Positions 26,635 to 43,133 of a DNA stretch of 64,000 nucleotides are shown here, piece after piece (position 1 is the stretch's first letter; each line of letters begins with the position of its first letter). Both the position numbers and the translations under genes were made by a program. The DNA comes from Eledone cirrhosa (Eukaryota). A model generated the notes under the pieces. The model did not search any database and was not told the origin of the DNA. It saw only the letters and a list, made by a program, of their open reading frames with translations. The stretch lies in assembly GCA_964016885.1 (NCBI GenBank), contig OZ024747.1:66464001-66528000 (forward strand), in the 5' to 3' direction.

Positions 26635-26638
<4 letters not shown>
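26187..26638 (-). mobile_element. Family A PLE terminus with a ~365-bp palindrome (about 26272-26638) and HHRs on both arms
   Basis: Apex gaaaagt-ctgccaattca-acttttc near 26455; HHR tattttgt CTGAGGA agg..cct GAAA tatatata atgaaata at 26529-26594. Confidence 0.8.
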
Positions 26639-26704
<66 letters not shown>

Positions 26705-27379
26705 AAATGTGTGTAATCCTTGGTACAGTTAGGTATATTAAGACAGGGGGGAAAAAAAATGGCTTCACTTGTGCTTTCAACAAATTTATTTTCTTCACAA
26801 AATCCCAAAAGAATTTTTTTCCCGGATTAGAAAAAAAATTTTTTTCTTAAAAAAAATTATTTTATAAATTAAGTTAGGTCTTAGGAGTTCTTGGTTAACG
26901 TAGGAGGTATTGTTTCGTTTTTAGAACGACCTTTCACGCTGAGGTGCGCTTGTCAAACTGATGTGTATGTGGTGTGTTGTTCTATATATAGGAATTTAAT
27001 ATGTCTGTGGTGTGGTGGGTTTTTTTTTTTCCCTCTCCCTTTTAATAAGTGTATGGGTGTAGGTGTGTTGAAAAAGTGTTAATAGCAGTAATGAGTTGGA
27101 CGGTGAGTAGGGTTGGGTGGGGATAAATGTAGCAAGTGCGGCCTGCCCCGGTCATTCTCGAAAAATTCCTTTATTCAGGGGATTCCTTTGTGTTGAGAAT
27201 GGTCACAGGCTAATCGCACCTGCCAAGTTTGTAAACAATTCTGTTTTTCTTTTTTTTTTCTTTTTTTCTGAAGAATATTTCTAGGTCCATCCCAAAATTA
27301 GACCTTTGTTCAACACAGACATATGTGCGTATATACGTACATACACACACGGGCATATGTAGGAATATATAGGCACACA

Positions 27380-28885
<1,506 letters not shown>

Positions 28886-29060
28886 TCACCGTTCACTCAG
28901 ATATTCATGTGTACACACAAGAAGAGAGGGGGGGGGGGGGGGTTAGTAAAATGGAATTTTACCTCCGAGTGTTAATTCATTTTTTCGTGTTCAGTAGTGG
29001 TTTAAATTTTTCATTGAAGAATTCTTTATATCTGCGGAAATCTTCGTTATATATATATAT

Positions 29061-30208
29061 GCAAAAGTTCTATTTAAAGTTGTTGGGATACAAGTAAATA
29101 TTTTTATAACTGATATAAAGCACTCGACACATTTTTGGAGTAGATATACGATATTAATAAATGGAAACTATATTTATAAAACCATATTTATTTCATTATA
29201 CATATTTCAGGGATACCACATTAAATTATGGTATGCCTTCATCAGACAAAATACAATATATAACAGTTTTACAAATAGCTTTGACGTACCCTTTTAAAAT
29301 ACAACCATTACTTTTGGAGGCTGTCTGGATCGTGATTTGTTTATATAATAAGTCATAGTGTTAAGCACAATTAGAAAAAGACGGAGAGAAAGAAAACATA
29401 ATTGAGTAAACATAATTTCTATTTTCAGGACGTGCGTATCTATATGTATGTATATATACATATATATTTGTATGTCTTTGCATAAAATACTAATTTCTAT
29501 AGCAAGGGTACATTTTGAACTCAGATTTTGGTATATTGATCTCAAGTTTCTAAACTAAACATATGGTCATTATTGAACAATGTTTAATTTCTCATATTAT
29601 ATATCTATGTCCCATTCATGAATATTGAAACTTATATTTATATTTTTATTATTCATTTCATATAAATTGTTAACTCAACTTAATATGACATGACGTAAAG
29701 TTGTCACTGTCCCCCCTCTCTCTATATAGTATTTCTCTCTCCTGAGTTTTTCTTTCCGTATGATGACTTGATATCTCTCTGTTGCTTTCCTTTGTTTTTC
29801 TTATTCCTTCCTTTTCTTTCTTTTTGATTTTTTATTTCTTCTTATCTTTATTTATCTCTTTCTTTTCTCCATACATTTCTCCCTCTCTCCGATATTTCTC
29901 CAGGTTTTCTTTCTTTCTTTCTCTCCGTCTTTGTTCTTTTCTCTCTCTCCGTCTTTTTTCTTTTTCTTTCTCTCCGTCTTTTTCTAATTGTGCTTAACAC
30001 TATGACTTATTATATAAACAATTCACAATCCAGACAGCCTCCAAAAGTAATGGTTGTATTTTAAAAGGGTACGTCAAAGGGTATGTAAAACTGTTATATA
30101 TTGTATTTTGTCTGATGAAGGCATACCATAATTTAATGTGGTATCCCTGAAATATGTATAATGAAATAAATATGGTTTTATAAATATAGTTTCCACTTAT
30201 TAATATCG

Positions 30209-30212
<4 letters not shown>
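29061..30212. mobile_element. Family A element with ~255-bp inverted arms (about 29144-29397 / 29962-30212) around a ~560-bp spacer
   Basis: Arms are reverse complements with a few substitutions; each holds an HHR. Confidence 0.85.
30104..30168 (+). ncRNA. Type I hammerhead ribozyme, family A (mirror copy at 29189-29253 on -)
   Basis: tattttgt CTGATGA agg-c-ataccata..tgtggtat-c-cct GAAA tatgt ATA atgaaata; 8-bp stem I with two G.U pairs, which are Watson-Crick in the copy at 46956-47030. Confidence 0.8.
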
Positions 30213-30240
<28 letters not shown>

Positions 30241-30415
30241 TATACATCCATACATACGTACACACACATATACACACACACACATTCATATATATTTATA
30301 TATAAACATATACACATACATATATTATGCATATATACATTCATACATACATGCACACATACATATATATATAAATTACTATATACATACATACTTTTTA
30401 TATATAAAAACATGC

Positions 30416-30479
<64 letters not shown>

Positions 30480-31010
30480 GTGTCTGTGTGTGTGCGTGTT
30501 TGTGTACCTATATACATGCATATGTTCACATATATACACCAACAACTGTAAATATTGCACAAACAAAAGACATACAGGCGTGTGCACCCACACGTTTCCA
30601 CTTTGCACACACACACACATATATATGTTTGTGTGTGTGTGTATTTTTAAACAACCACTCATATACAGATATCATTATTTTGAAAACGCCAATACAAATC
30701 AGTTCCTGTAAACAAAAGAAAAAGGCAAAATATATTGTTAGATTTAATGATGTGCATACCAACTGAACTCAGGCACCACATGCACAAGAACACACAGGCA
30801 AACATACATATATACATATATGCAAATATATATATATGGACATAATACACACACACACACATATATATGTGTATAAATGTATGTATATATATATGTGAAC
30901 GTGTGTGGATATATATATATATATATATATATAGACATATATATATATGCGTGTATGTGTGTATGTGTACATGTACATATGTAAATGTATGCATATATAT
31001 ATGTATAAAT

Positions 31011-31110
<100 letters not shown>

Positions 31111-31563
31111 AACGTGAGTGTATATATATGTGTGTGTGTGTGTGTACAAGTACATATGTATATAAACACACACTGTCACACACACAAACCCATATATATA
31201 TATGTATTTTAAGTGCGTGTGTACGAATGATTAATGGTGTAAATATCGCAATGGAATGGAAATGCAGTTACGTAGTGAGAGAATGAAAATGGCCGACGCT
31301 TGTTATATTCAGAGCGAGACTAAGGTTGATATATGCGACATATACTACTGAATTATCTGATGCCCCACACTCCCCTTCTTTTTTGCACGTTTTACACATG
31401 GTTCCTTTGATTTATGTTGTGGAAGATTTATCTTTATATCTTTGGTGTTTAGTTGTTTAAGTAGATTGGGTAAACATATTGAATGTGAATAAGTAAAGTA
31501 TAGCCTGTCTCTCCCCTACCTCTAGTTCCCTATACACAAACACACATACGCACACATATACAT

Positions 31564-31596
<33 letters not shown>

Positions 31597-31600
31597 CATA

Positions 31601-31664
<64 letters not shown>

Positions 31665-31671
31665 TACATAC

Positions 31672-31702
<31 letters not shown>

Positions 31703-31878
31703 TATATATATATACATGCACAAACATATATATATACACACACACACACATATTTATATACATACGCATATATATTTATGCATATATATATATAAATGCA
31801 TGCAATCACACACACACACATATATATATACATACGCATATATATTTATACATATATACATAAACGCACATACACACG

Positions 31879-31913
<35 letters not shown>

Positions 31914-33402
31914 TGCAATACACACTTCGACTTTTTTAAAATCTATTTACACTCTGCACATTACAGCCATAACATTGGAATACAACCCAAACGAAACGGC
32001 GTCCGTAACAACACTGAGTGCTTCGAACCTCGCACCGCCTGTAACTGTTATTACACACTTAACTAACACACCCCTCCTTATATACATATATATATATTTA
32101 TGTACAGTATAATACCATCCTGAAATTCGTAAAGCAGAAACAGTAGTTAGGATTTCCACTTGAGGATGCTGCTTAATGAAGCTAGAGGCTCTGTAAGCTT
32201 TAATGAACTCCTATAAGTGAATGGCGTTGCTTGTAGCACCTTTGAAGACGCCTACAAACAGACAAGTCTGTTGGAAGACGACAATTAATGAGATGCAACA
32301 CTTACAGCGGCGACTCTATCACCAACCGACAAAAGTATTCGAAATTTGTTCGCAATTATGTTAAAAATGTGTGACTTAGCCAATCCATCAGGGCTGCAGG
32401 TTGTCGGTCTCCACCAAGTAGAGGGCTGTTTTTCCCACCGTCAAATGTATGTAGGATGATCCAGAGTAGGAAGCCCCCACAAACTCTTCATATATGCTCC
32501 AGAGAAAAAAGTTAAAAACATTGTATATACTAAAGTACTGTTATCGTTTCATTATTTTTGTGCTGGCCTTGTGCCAAAAGTAGAAACAATTATTTTTGTA
32601 CAATATATTTTTGTATTATTATCTTTATTACTTTCTGTATTTAGATATTCTAAACACATTAAAAAATATGTTATGCAATATTTAAATGCTTTTTAAGTTC
32701 TTTTATTTTAAAGAAAATGGGCATTACGATAGATGGCAAAAGGTGACTTATGAATATATTTGAGCACAGTACAGACCAGGGCGAAGGTAGAATGACCGCC
32801 AGTATATATATATATATATATACATACTATATATATTATTTATGTTCATATATGGAACAAAAAATGCTACAAAAACTGCTACAATTCTCCTCTGCTACAT
32901 CTCCATTGTGCACTCTAGTGCAGAGTGGAATATATATATATATTTGTCGCATGTCATCTTGTCAATTGTGCTTCAGGTAAACTCAAGCCCTGTGAACGAA
33001 ATTGGGTAGACGGAAAATGTATGGAAGTCCGATGGGTGGATAATACATGCAAATTAAAAAATTTAGGATTGTCAAAATTTCATCTTATGTCTTACAAATT
33101 AGTCGGCTGAATCTCTATGAGTATCACACATTTACGAAGGAAATGTTAACCGAATACCTCGACATGTTACAGCCTGTAAACTACGCTATTGTGTAATTCG
33201 ATTGGTTGACAAAAAAGAAACTCACACACAGTCTCAGGTTTTTTACATCCTCGCGGTTAGCTCAGGAAACTGATCACTGATCTCTCTAATCACTATCAGG
33301 TGAACGACAAAAACCTGAGACCAGCTCACACACACATTTATATATCATATTTATATGCTTCTCTCTCTCTCACTCTTTCTTTCGTTCTTTCTTTATAAAT
33401 AA

Positions 33403-33468
<66 letters not shown>

Positions 33469-33573
33469 TCACACATATACATATAAAAAAAATCTATAAA
33501 TAAAAGATCCATTAGTTAGAGATAGAGATCCATTAATTTGACATCATTAGGAGTCGACATATTCTACTATAAA

Positions 33574-33638
<65 letters not shown>

Positions 33639-34467
33639 GGATATGTATGGTCGCTAATGAAGCAATGGCGTAGAAATCTGAGAGATGTGGACATGTTTCT
33701 GTGGGCATGTGATCGTTCAAACACGCAGTATTCAATCCGTAGTTTGAGTAACTTTTTCTATGTTATCTATTTTATTTGTCCAACATATAATTTCTATCGT
33801 CGTTAATTCCTTCCCAGCCTGTAGGGGAGCAGAGAAAATTGTGTTTGGGTTTATAGACATATATTCTTGCATTCTATATTTCATTTCTGTCGTACCGTTT
33901 TTTCTTTTTTTACTATTTCGACTCTGTTCAGGTTTGTGTGTCTGTTTTTCTTCCTGCATACCAACCTATATACCTACCTACTAACTATCTAACTAGCTAC
34001 CTACTAATAAACTAACCAGTCATATTGTGTTTGTAGAAGCTTTGCAAAGATATACATTTTCCAAAGTGAATGTAGATCTAGCCACATAGAATCAGTGAAG
34101 TTACTGTGAATACCAAAGATGTTGATCAATGGCCGAAGAATACTGACCAATGTAAAGTGTTCAAGACACTTTACATTATAACCTATTCCATTCTATCACC
34201 CTGGCTAGAAAAGTATAGTAAAAAATAAACCTATTCAGCCTCGTTAACCTCGCTGTTATCACCAATCTCTCACAAAACACACCAGGAGCAGCACCTCCCT
34301 CTTTACCCTTATCGTCTTCCTCAAGGGGTTGGCCGGAGAGGAAGATTCCTGACCTCAAACCTTTTAGACGTGTCCACTATACATAGGAAGACTTGTCTCG
34401 CTTCCTTTCTAATGGGAGTGGACAATTTTTACTACAGACCAGGTTAATAGCCGGATCCATCCTAAAC

Positions 34468-34596
<129 letters not shown>

Positions 34597-35814
34597 CATT
34601 ATTGTGTTTCTCGTAAACTAGTGATTCGACAAATAGAGATTGTTAAGATAAGAAAGGAAACTGATTATTCAATATCCACCCTTATCCTTTTTTATCGAAT
34701 TTAGAGCATAGTTTTGCTCGTTCCAGCTTGAGAGTCTCTCCGAAATAGGTTTTCGCCCTCAACTTTAACGGATTCCAATAAACATCTACAAATGTTGACT
34801 AGAACTAAGCATTAAAACTTGCTGCCAATTACGCGTGATTCTCTCTCGTTTTTCTAAACTGAAGATTTCCGAATTTATAGAGTATTTCCACAAACACAAA
34901 CTCTAATAAAAGGTTAATATTGATTTCACACTTTCCTACTAAAACGACAAAAAAGCCATTATTGGCCTCACTGATCGCTTTAACGGTAATCGATTGGTCA
35001 ACTGTATGATATTCTGTAGTCAAATATAATCTTCCCGTCTCCACCATCGCTAACTCCACCACATCCAAATCGAAAAGTACTTCTCTAAATCAATGTTTAT
35101 TATAGCGAAAGTAATTACCTTGAATGAGTTGGTCATTATGTTTGTAAAAAAATAGGCTGAGGTCAACAGTGCTTTGGTTGCCTGGTCTTTACTTCGGTTG
35201 AGGCGTTTCCAATATTCTCTCCATTTGATGATGGGGATTGCATTCTGGACATCTAAGTATAAATTCAAATGGGAAAATGCAATCGATAATATAATCAATC
35301 CTCCGTAATTTTCTACGATGAGCATTCAGTTGTTTGATCAACGTATAAGTAGGTGAGTATCTCACAGCCACATATACCATTAAAGTAATTCCTAAGGCTA
35401 ATCAGCTAAAAACGAATAGCAGAGACAGCTGGTGGAGGTTAACCCTGCAATTGACTGGCGTATTGTGCAGGTGGTAGTCATAACCTCCCAACCAATTGTT
35501 TTACGAAGGGTTAAGCAAATGTAGATTTTCAAAGTATTTTCACGTATTTTAAGCTGCTAAAACACAGGTTTAATTGTAAAGGTGTTTAATGATTTAGGCA
35601 AACGTTAGACAATTTTATTATTAAACCTGCCTTGTAGCAGCTTGCAAATAGCTAACATATAAATGATCCATCTAGAATGCGTTGAGAAATATTCTAAAAG
35701 TACTTATCAACTTGGTTGGCAAGAATTCAAAGAATTTATTGCAAATAAATCGTACAATCACGAAGGAATAAATATCCAATTTGAATATACATACATGAAT
35801 TTATATATATATAA

Positions 35815-35874
<60 letters not shown>

Positions 35875-35913
35875 TTATATATATATAAGTGTATATATGT
35901 ATATATATATATT

Positions 35914-35944
<31 letters not shown>

Positions 35945-35996
35945 TTATATATATATAAGTGTATATATGTATATATATATATTTATATATATATAA

Positions 35997-36762
<766 letters not shown>

Positions 36763-36887
36763 ACATATATATATGTATATTTCATATATATATGTATATT
36801 TCATATATATGCATATGTATATATGTATTCACACATATATATATTTGTATGTATATATATATATACATAAATATATATATATATATT

Positions 36888-36918
<31 letters not shown>

Positions 36919-36992
36919 TTATATATATATATATATACATATATATGTATATATAATATATATATACATATATATATATATATGTATATATA

Positions 36993-37036
<44 letters not shown>

Positions 37037-37040
<4 letters not shown>

Positions 37041-37219
37041 TGAGATTCTACAGGACTAGAACTGTTTCATTCATTAGAAATCATCAGGAATCCTGATGAT
37101 TTCTAATGAATGAAACAGTTCTAGTCCTGTAGAATCTCATCTATATTAAAACTGTTATACTCTGCTATGTATTGAGTACCTTACTTACTGTGGTTACCTC
37201 CGATTCAACCCGGAATAAC

Positions 37220-37220
<1 letters not shown>
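37037..37220 (+). mobile_element. Family C fragment with fold-back palindrome whose apex is HHR stem I
   Basis: tcatcagga-a-tcctgatga apex at about 37090; tail ends cccggaataacg|(TA)n. Confidence 0.85.
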
Positions 37221-37296
<76 letters not shown>

Positions 37297-37297
37297 T

Positions 37298-37360
<63 letters not shown>

Positions 37361-37363
37361 TAG

Positions 37364-37397
<34 letters not shown>

Positions 37398-37829
37398 AGA
37401 GAGAGAGAGAGAATGAGAGAGAGGTGAGAAATTAAGGCATTAATGAGAGAAAATTCAGAATATATCTGCTATAAATTTTCGCAAAACAGTTCAGAATTCA
37501 ATTAATGTCCCGAATTTATCCCCTCACCCCGTCGCCTTTGCACTGTCTTTTGAAGAAAACAACACAACAAAAATATCATGAAATCTTTGTTTCATACTTC
37601 AAAATTGGTCTAACAAACTGAAACCTATCGATTGGAAATGTTTAACTATCCTAATATGTGTGTGTGTGTGTGTGTGTGGGAACACACACACACACAAATA
37701 TATATATATATACGCCCACATTACTTTAGCTCTCTACTTCGTTTAAATCATCACAACTAACGTCATGTTGGAATACATTAAATTTGTGAAACGAGGCGCC
37801 TTCTGAATTTGTATGTGTATATATTATAT

Positions 37830-37898
<69 letters not shown>

Positions 37899-39157
37899 TA
37901 TAAATCTGTGTGTGTGTGTGTTAGTATATGTAAATCACGGAGAATGACAATAATTACCAACAATATTTATTACTGTCCTTCTCAGATGTTATTAGTCAAA
38001 AGTACAACCGGTAAGAAGAACAGTAAAATATTAGCATTAAAAAGAATAATCATAATATAATAAAGGGAGGAGTGCGGGATTGTGTCCTGAATATATTTTT
38101 TTTATCCCGTTAGTAAAATAAGTCGGATTACTTTGAATAAATAATGAATGAATATTACATAATTTATGTACTAAATTTCGTAGCTGTTGATTAAACATAA
38201 ATATTTTTATATATAATGATTGTTTATTTTAAGATTCAATTCTTTTAAAATTTTGAAATGTCAATACTTCCGGTTATGATATAACGGACGCTATATTATA
38301 ACGCTTATATAAACGTTTATATATTTGCATTGTTATATCATAACGTATATATTGCGTATAATATCAATATGCACACTACACATGCTAGCAGAAAACAATG
38401 GATGGTTTTCCTGCTAGTGGAACTAATAATCAAATCGTACGAAGGTACGAAGGAAGCTATATTTCCATTGGTCTTTCTCTTAGTGATACTATGTGATGGT
38501 CGCAACTCCAGAATGCAAAGAACAAAAAGCAAAGTTAACCTAAGGGGGATTTGAACTCAGAGTGGCGTGACCCGAATTAAATGATACCGTAGCATTTAAT
38601 CCGACGCCCTACAAAAAATGCCAATAGTCCATCATGTTAACCACTCGGTCATCTAATACTTCTCAGGGTGTGAAAAGAAAGATTATGGTAGACATTCAGT
38701 GCCAATAAGAGATGGAAAGTATTGATGTCTTAATGACAAACTGTCGAAAATGTGTAACTTCAGAGGAAAGACGTAGCGTGAACGGATTCATTGAGGAAGT
38801 GGTTCTTAAGCGGAAACTGACTAAAACCAAACAGGCATAAGTGGAATTGTCTGGACGCTTCCAGGATGTTCTGACCGATATTTAGGCGAGTTATAGAACA
38901 ACGCTAAGTTGTTTCGGTGAATGTAAAGATTCTAAAGAAAGTTTGCTCAGGCATTAATCAAGCAAACAAAACTAAACGAATGCTTTTATTAAACATGATG
39001 TGTTACATATGCCATGTGCATTACATTGCGACTCAACATGTCACATCAAATGTGTTAAATATCAAAGTATTTTAATTAGTCAAACGGCAAATGGTATTTG
39101 GTAAGTCCAGATTGATTTAATGATTTTTTATAACTGGTTATGAATATTACATAACGA

Positions 39158-39334
39158 TATGCTATAACTAGCGTTGGTACATACATTATAGAAAGTGCTG
39201 GTGAATATCTTATGAATAATGATGGTGTATATATACATATATACACAAACATACTATATTATATATATATATTATATCACAAGATATTCACCAGCACTCT
39301 TTATAATGTATGTACCAACGCTAGTTATAGCATA
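39158..39334. repeat. Inverted repeat with ~55-bp arms
   Basis: tatgctataactagcgttggtacatacattata...gtgctggtgaatatctt / aagatattcaccagcac...tataatgtatgtaccaacgctagttatagcata. Confidence 0.85.
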
Positions 39335-39436
39335 TGGTTATATGATATTCATATATACATATATATATATAGAGAGAGAGGGTTATATTTAATTTGTTGG
39401 GATATTTAATTTGGTGGCCCTTGAAATAAGTATAAT

Positions 39437-39618
39437 TGTTTCTATTTTAGGCACAAGGCCACCAATTACCCAGAGCATTACTGGTACTTTATTTTATCGA
39501 CCCCGTAAGGATGAAAGGAAAAGTTAACCTCGGCGGGATTTGAACTCAGATCGTAAAGGGACGTAACTATGCTGGAAAGCATGGCGTCCGACCCTCTACC
39601 GATACTGCCAATCCACCG
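39437..39618 (-). mobile_element. Family 1 SINE with 18-bp TSD, inserted into a family A HHR remnant (39379-39690)
   Basis: ccttgaaataagtataat at 39419-39436 and 39619-39636. Confidence 0.9.
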
Positions 39619-39734
39619 CCTTGAAATAAGTATAATGAAATAAATATAGTTTTATAAATGTAGTTTCCATTTGTTAATATATTGTATATTGTATATATAT
39701 ATATATGTAATATATATTTATATATTTATATATA

Positions 39735-39779
<45 letters not shown>

Positions 39780-40089
39780 AGAGAGAGAGAATAGAAATGG
39801 GTGTGTAGTTGCTATTTAAAGTAACTTAAAATGCAGTGGGAATACGAAGAAAGCAAGAACGGGGGGGGGGGGGAGATTTTTTTCTCATAAGTTGTCTACT
39901 GGGGGTCTCGGATATTTCTACGCTTTAAAGACAATATATCTCGCCCCAGGGTGTCAATAACTGGATAAGTTATTGAGAAAACGGAGGGAGGGAGGGAGGG
40001 AAGGAAAGCAAAAGTGAAGAAAAGAGAAAACAATAAAAAAAACAGCGAAAAAAACAATCCGAGCAATATATATATATATATAAAAAAAA

Positions 40090-40325
40090 GGAGAAGTGGT
40101 TGCTCCTTCATTAAGTTTATTGGTTGGTGACGCGAATTTCACCACCGATCAGCTCAAGGTTTGATTTGTATCGATCTAGCCCAAATCTGTAATCAACGGC
40201 TCGTCGGACCCTTTTTGGTGGTAATGACAGAGTCGGGCTAGATTGATACAGATCGAACCTTGAGGTGATCGGTGGCGAAACGCACGTCATCAACCAATAA
40301 ACGTAATGCAGGAGTAATCACTCGT
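40090..40325. repeat. Old diverged palindrome with a possible HHR 3' half (GAAACgcacGTC near 40277)
   Basis: Arms tttattggttggtgacg..tttcaccaccgatca..ctcaaggtt / aaccttgag..tgatcggtggcgaaa..cgtcatcaaccaataaa. Confidence 0.6.
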
Positions 40326-40505
40326 CCTTGTTTTATTTTATTATACTACACTCTGTCTACCTTTACACCTCGATACAGACCTGAACCTAAACATCGAGTG
40401 CTCACTCACCGGGTGAACCTACAGTAACTCCGTGTTACACTACCTCTCTCTCTCTCTCTCTCTCTCTCTCGCCCCCTCTCTCTCTCTCTCTCTCTCTCTC
40501 TCCCC

Positions 40506-40541
<36 letters not shown>

Positions 40542-40663
40542 TTGTATATATATATACTGGTGACGGCACATATGATATAACTGGTGATTGTACATGTAGT
40601 CAGGGTGTTACATATATTATAGCCGTTATTTGCTGCATGTAATTCATATTGGGGGTATACATA

Positions 40664-40766
<103 letters not shown>

Positions 40767-41010
40767 ATATATATATATATATATAGATATATAGATATAT
40801 TTCGTTTCTGAATTTGTTTAGCAAGGTTCTTTATCTGAAAACGTGTGTTGAAACCGATATTGTTATACTTTGGGAGGGTCATGTTGCCAATAAGAAACAC
40901 ACGCACCAGTTGCTTTCACTTCAATTTATTATAATAAATTTATAAATTTTGGAATTTATAAATTTCCGGTTGGTTGGTTGGTTCCACAACCAGATGGTTG
41001 TTTATATATT

Positions 41011-41053
41011 GTCAAAGTTCTTTCGTCACACATTCTGTGACCTCTTCAGTGAC
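41011..41053 (-). ncRNA. Type I minimal hammerhead ribozyme in the PLE pseudo-LTR
   Basis: gtca CTGAAGA g-gtcac-agaatgt-gtgac GAAAG aa CTT tgac. Confidence 0.85.
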
Positions 41054-41259
41054 TGTGGGTTCTTTTCTTTGTTTTTTGTGCCTCTGCTTTGTTCTGTCCT
41101 ACGCCATCTTGTTTGTGTGTGTGTGTTGTGTGCTTAGGTTGCGCACGTGTTACATCCGGGTGTCTGTGTGTGTTTTTATATTCGTTTATTTATTTGTTTA
41201 TTTACATGTTACTGGTTGGTTGTTTGTTCTATGTGTGTGTGTGTTTTCATTTTTTGTCC

Positions 41260-43133
41260 TTAATTGTAAGTTGTGATGTTGCTGTTCCACTCATGTTTTC
41301 TATTTAATTTTGGGTGTAATTCATTTATATTTATTGCCTCTGTGATTTGTCTAAACATTGCGTCTTTTCTGTGTGTAGATTCTATTTTTATTTCTATGTT
41401 CTCTAATTTACCCTTATGTTCTATTTTAGCATGTTGGTAGAGTACAGGTGATTCTTTACTATCTTGAAGGTCTCGCCAGTGTTCATTTATCCGTTCCCCT
41501 ATACTACGAGCTGTCTCACCTATGTACACTATATTTTTATCTCTACATTGTCCTTCAGTACATCTTATGCTATATACTACATTTCTAGTTTTACAGTTAA
41601 TATGGGGGCTTAATTTACAGATTATACATTTGTTATCTATACAGGGAGGTCTTTGAAAAGGGTATGTCTTACTAATAAGTGTTTTTATGGAGGTACCTGG
41701 TCTTTCTACTATCTTAATATTGAGTTTATGTTTATCTAGGGCCCTTCTAAATTTGTAAGCTAATTCACCTCTAGGGGTTGTATCGATGAACATTACACTC
41801 TGGTATTTATTGCTATCATACCATGAGTTTATTCTATTAGCCTTATTCCTAGTTCTTTCTATTCTATTCCAAAATTTGCTCCTATACAAGGGGCAGGTCC
41901 CATCTGTGTCATTATTTACCATTTTTTGCCATTTGGTTCTGGCTCCTCTATACACTCTGATTGTATCTCTCTGATTGTAACCAGAGAACTGCATACGGTG
42001 GATGAAGTGTTGTATGTGCCTCTCTAGTTCTTCGGGGTTGCACATGCGGGACACGTTTCTCATCACCCGTACCAAATCCGCAATCAGTATGTTGATTTTG
42101 GTATGGTCCGAAACAGCTGAGTTTCGGTGGATCAGATATTTGGAAGTGATGGGTTTGGCATAATGGGAATGGAGGATTTGCTTTTTGTTATTAATGGTAT
42201 CTAATCAGAGCTCTGTGTCTAGTACAGGTAATCGATGGTTGGGGTGTTTGCTTGGGTAGTCTATAGTACCTCTAATACTCTGGTGGATGGAGTTAGCTAT
42301 TTTCTGGATGCCTTCCATTGTGTTTTTCTCTAATTCCTGACTGTTCTCTAGTGGGGGTGTTTTAACTACGATGTTTATATCAGCAACGTAGCGGGAGTAC
42401 ATTATCAGGGTTAAGGGGTCTTCTAATTGTTCTTTAAGTTTAAGTTTAACTCTACTGTTCCACCATACCATGAATAAGTTAGCTATGTCGCCTGCAATGC
42501 TAACACCAATGGCTGCTCCCTCCTCTTTGGCATATGTTTTTCCATTAAATTTGAACATATGTTCCTTAATGGTTAATTCTATGCTGGCCCCCACCGCATG
42601 TGCAATCATTTTCTTTAGTTCATTGTGGTTTTCGGGGGTCCGTATGGCTCTGGTCCACCCGTTCCATCTATCTGTGTGGGTTTTCTTGGCCATTGAGGTA
42701 ATGGTAGGTGGTCTGCCTCTTGCTGGTCTTGTAGGGCACAGGTTGCTAAGGTCATATGTGTCTAGATAATTATTACTATAGATAAGTTTAAGTAGGAGTC
42801 CCAGCTCACTGGTATCAATCCCACGGAATTCAACATTGCTCTCACTGATCATTTCTACGCATTTCTCCACAGCAAAATCCACGTCAATAGATGGATACAG
42901 GGACACAACATCCATACTACCTATTATGCAGTTTGTTAGGTCCCTAGATCGGTTACCCTCGCCGATTCTGCTGAGGAGGCCTCCGTGCTGTCACATACAT
43001 CTGGGGACATTTCAATGATGGGGCGTATGATCAGGGATAGGAAGTAGGAAAGTCTGTAGTTACTAGCAATGTTAGCTCCACAGACTGGCCGTGTTGGTGG
43101 TCCCGTGACAGGGTCACTGCTCGTTTTATGGTA
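41260..43133 (-). pseudogene. PLE RT (from motif 2) + thumb + zinc linker + GIY-YIG, disrupted
   Basis: PTRPVC, DVVSLYPSI, GAAIG, YVAD (YVDD mutated), PVLD, CIDNKCIIC..C, VVYSIRC...VYIGETAR..ERINEH..E; frameshift near 42980 and TGA at 42205. Confidence 0.9.

Noticed and set aside
42205-42207. In-frame TGA in the Naiad-like ORF as possible selenocysteine (reported for some Naiads)
   Set aside because: The other arm has TGG (Trp, ELWL) at this codon and the other stops seen are TAG/TAA, so this is ordinary decay.
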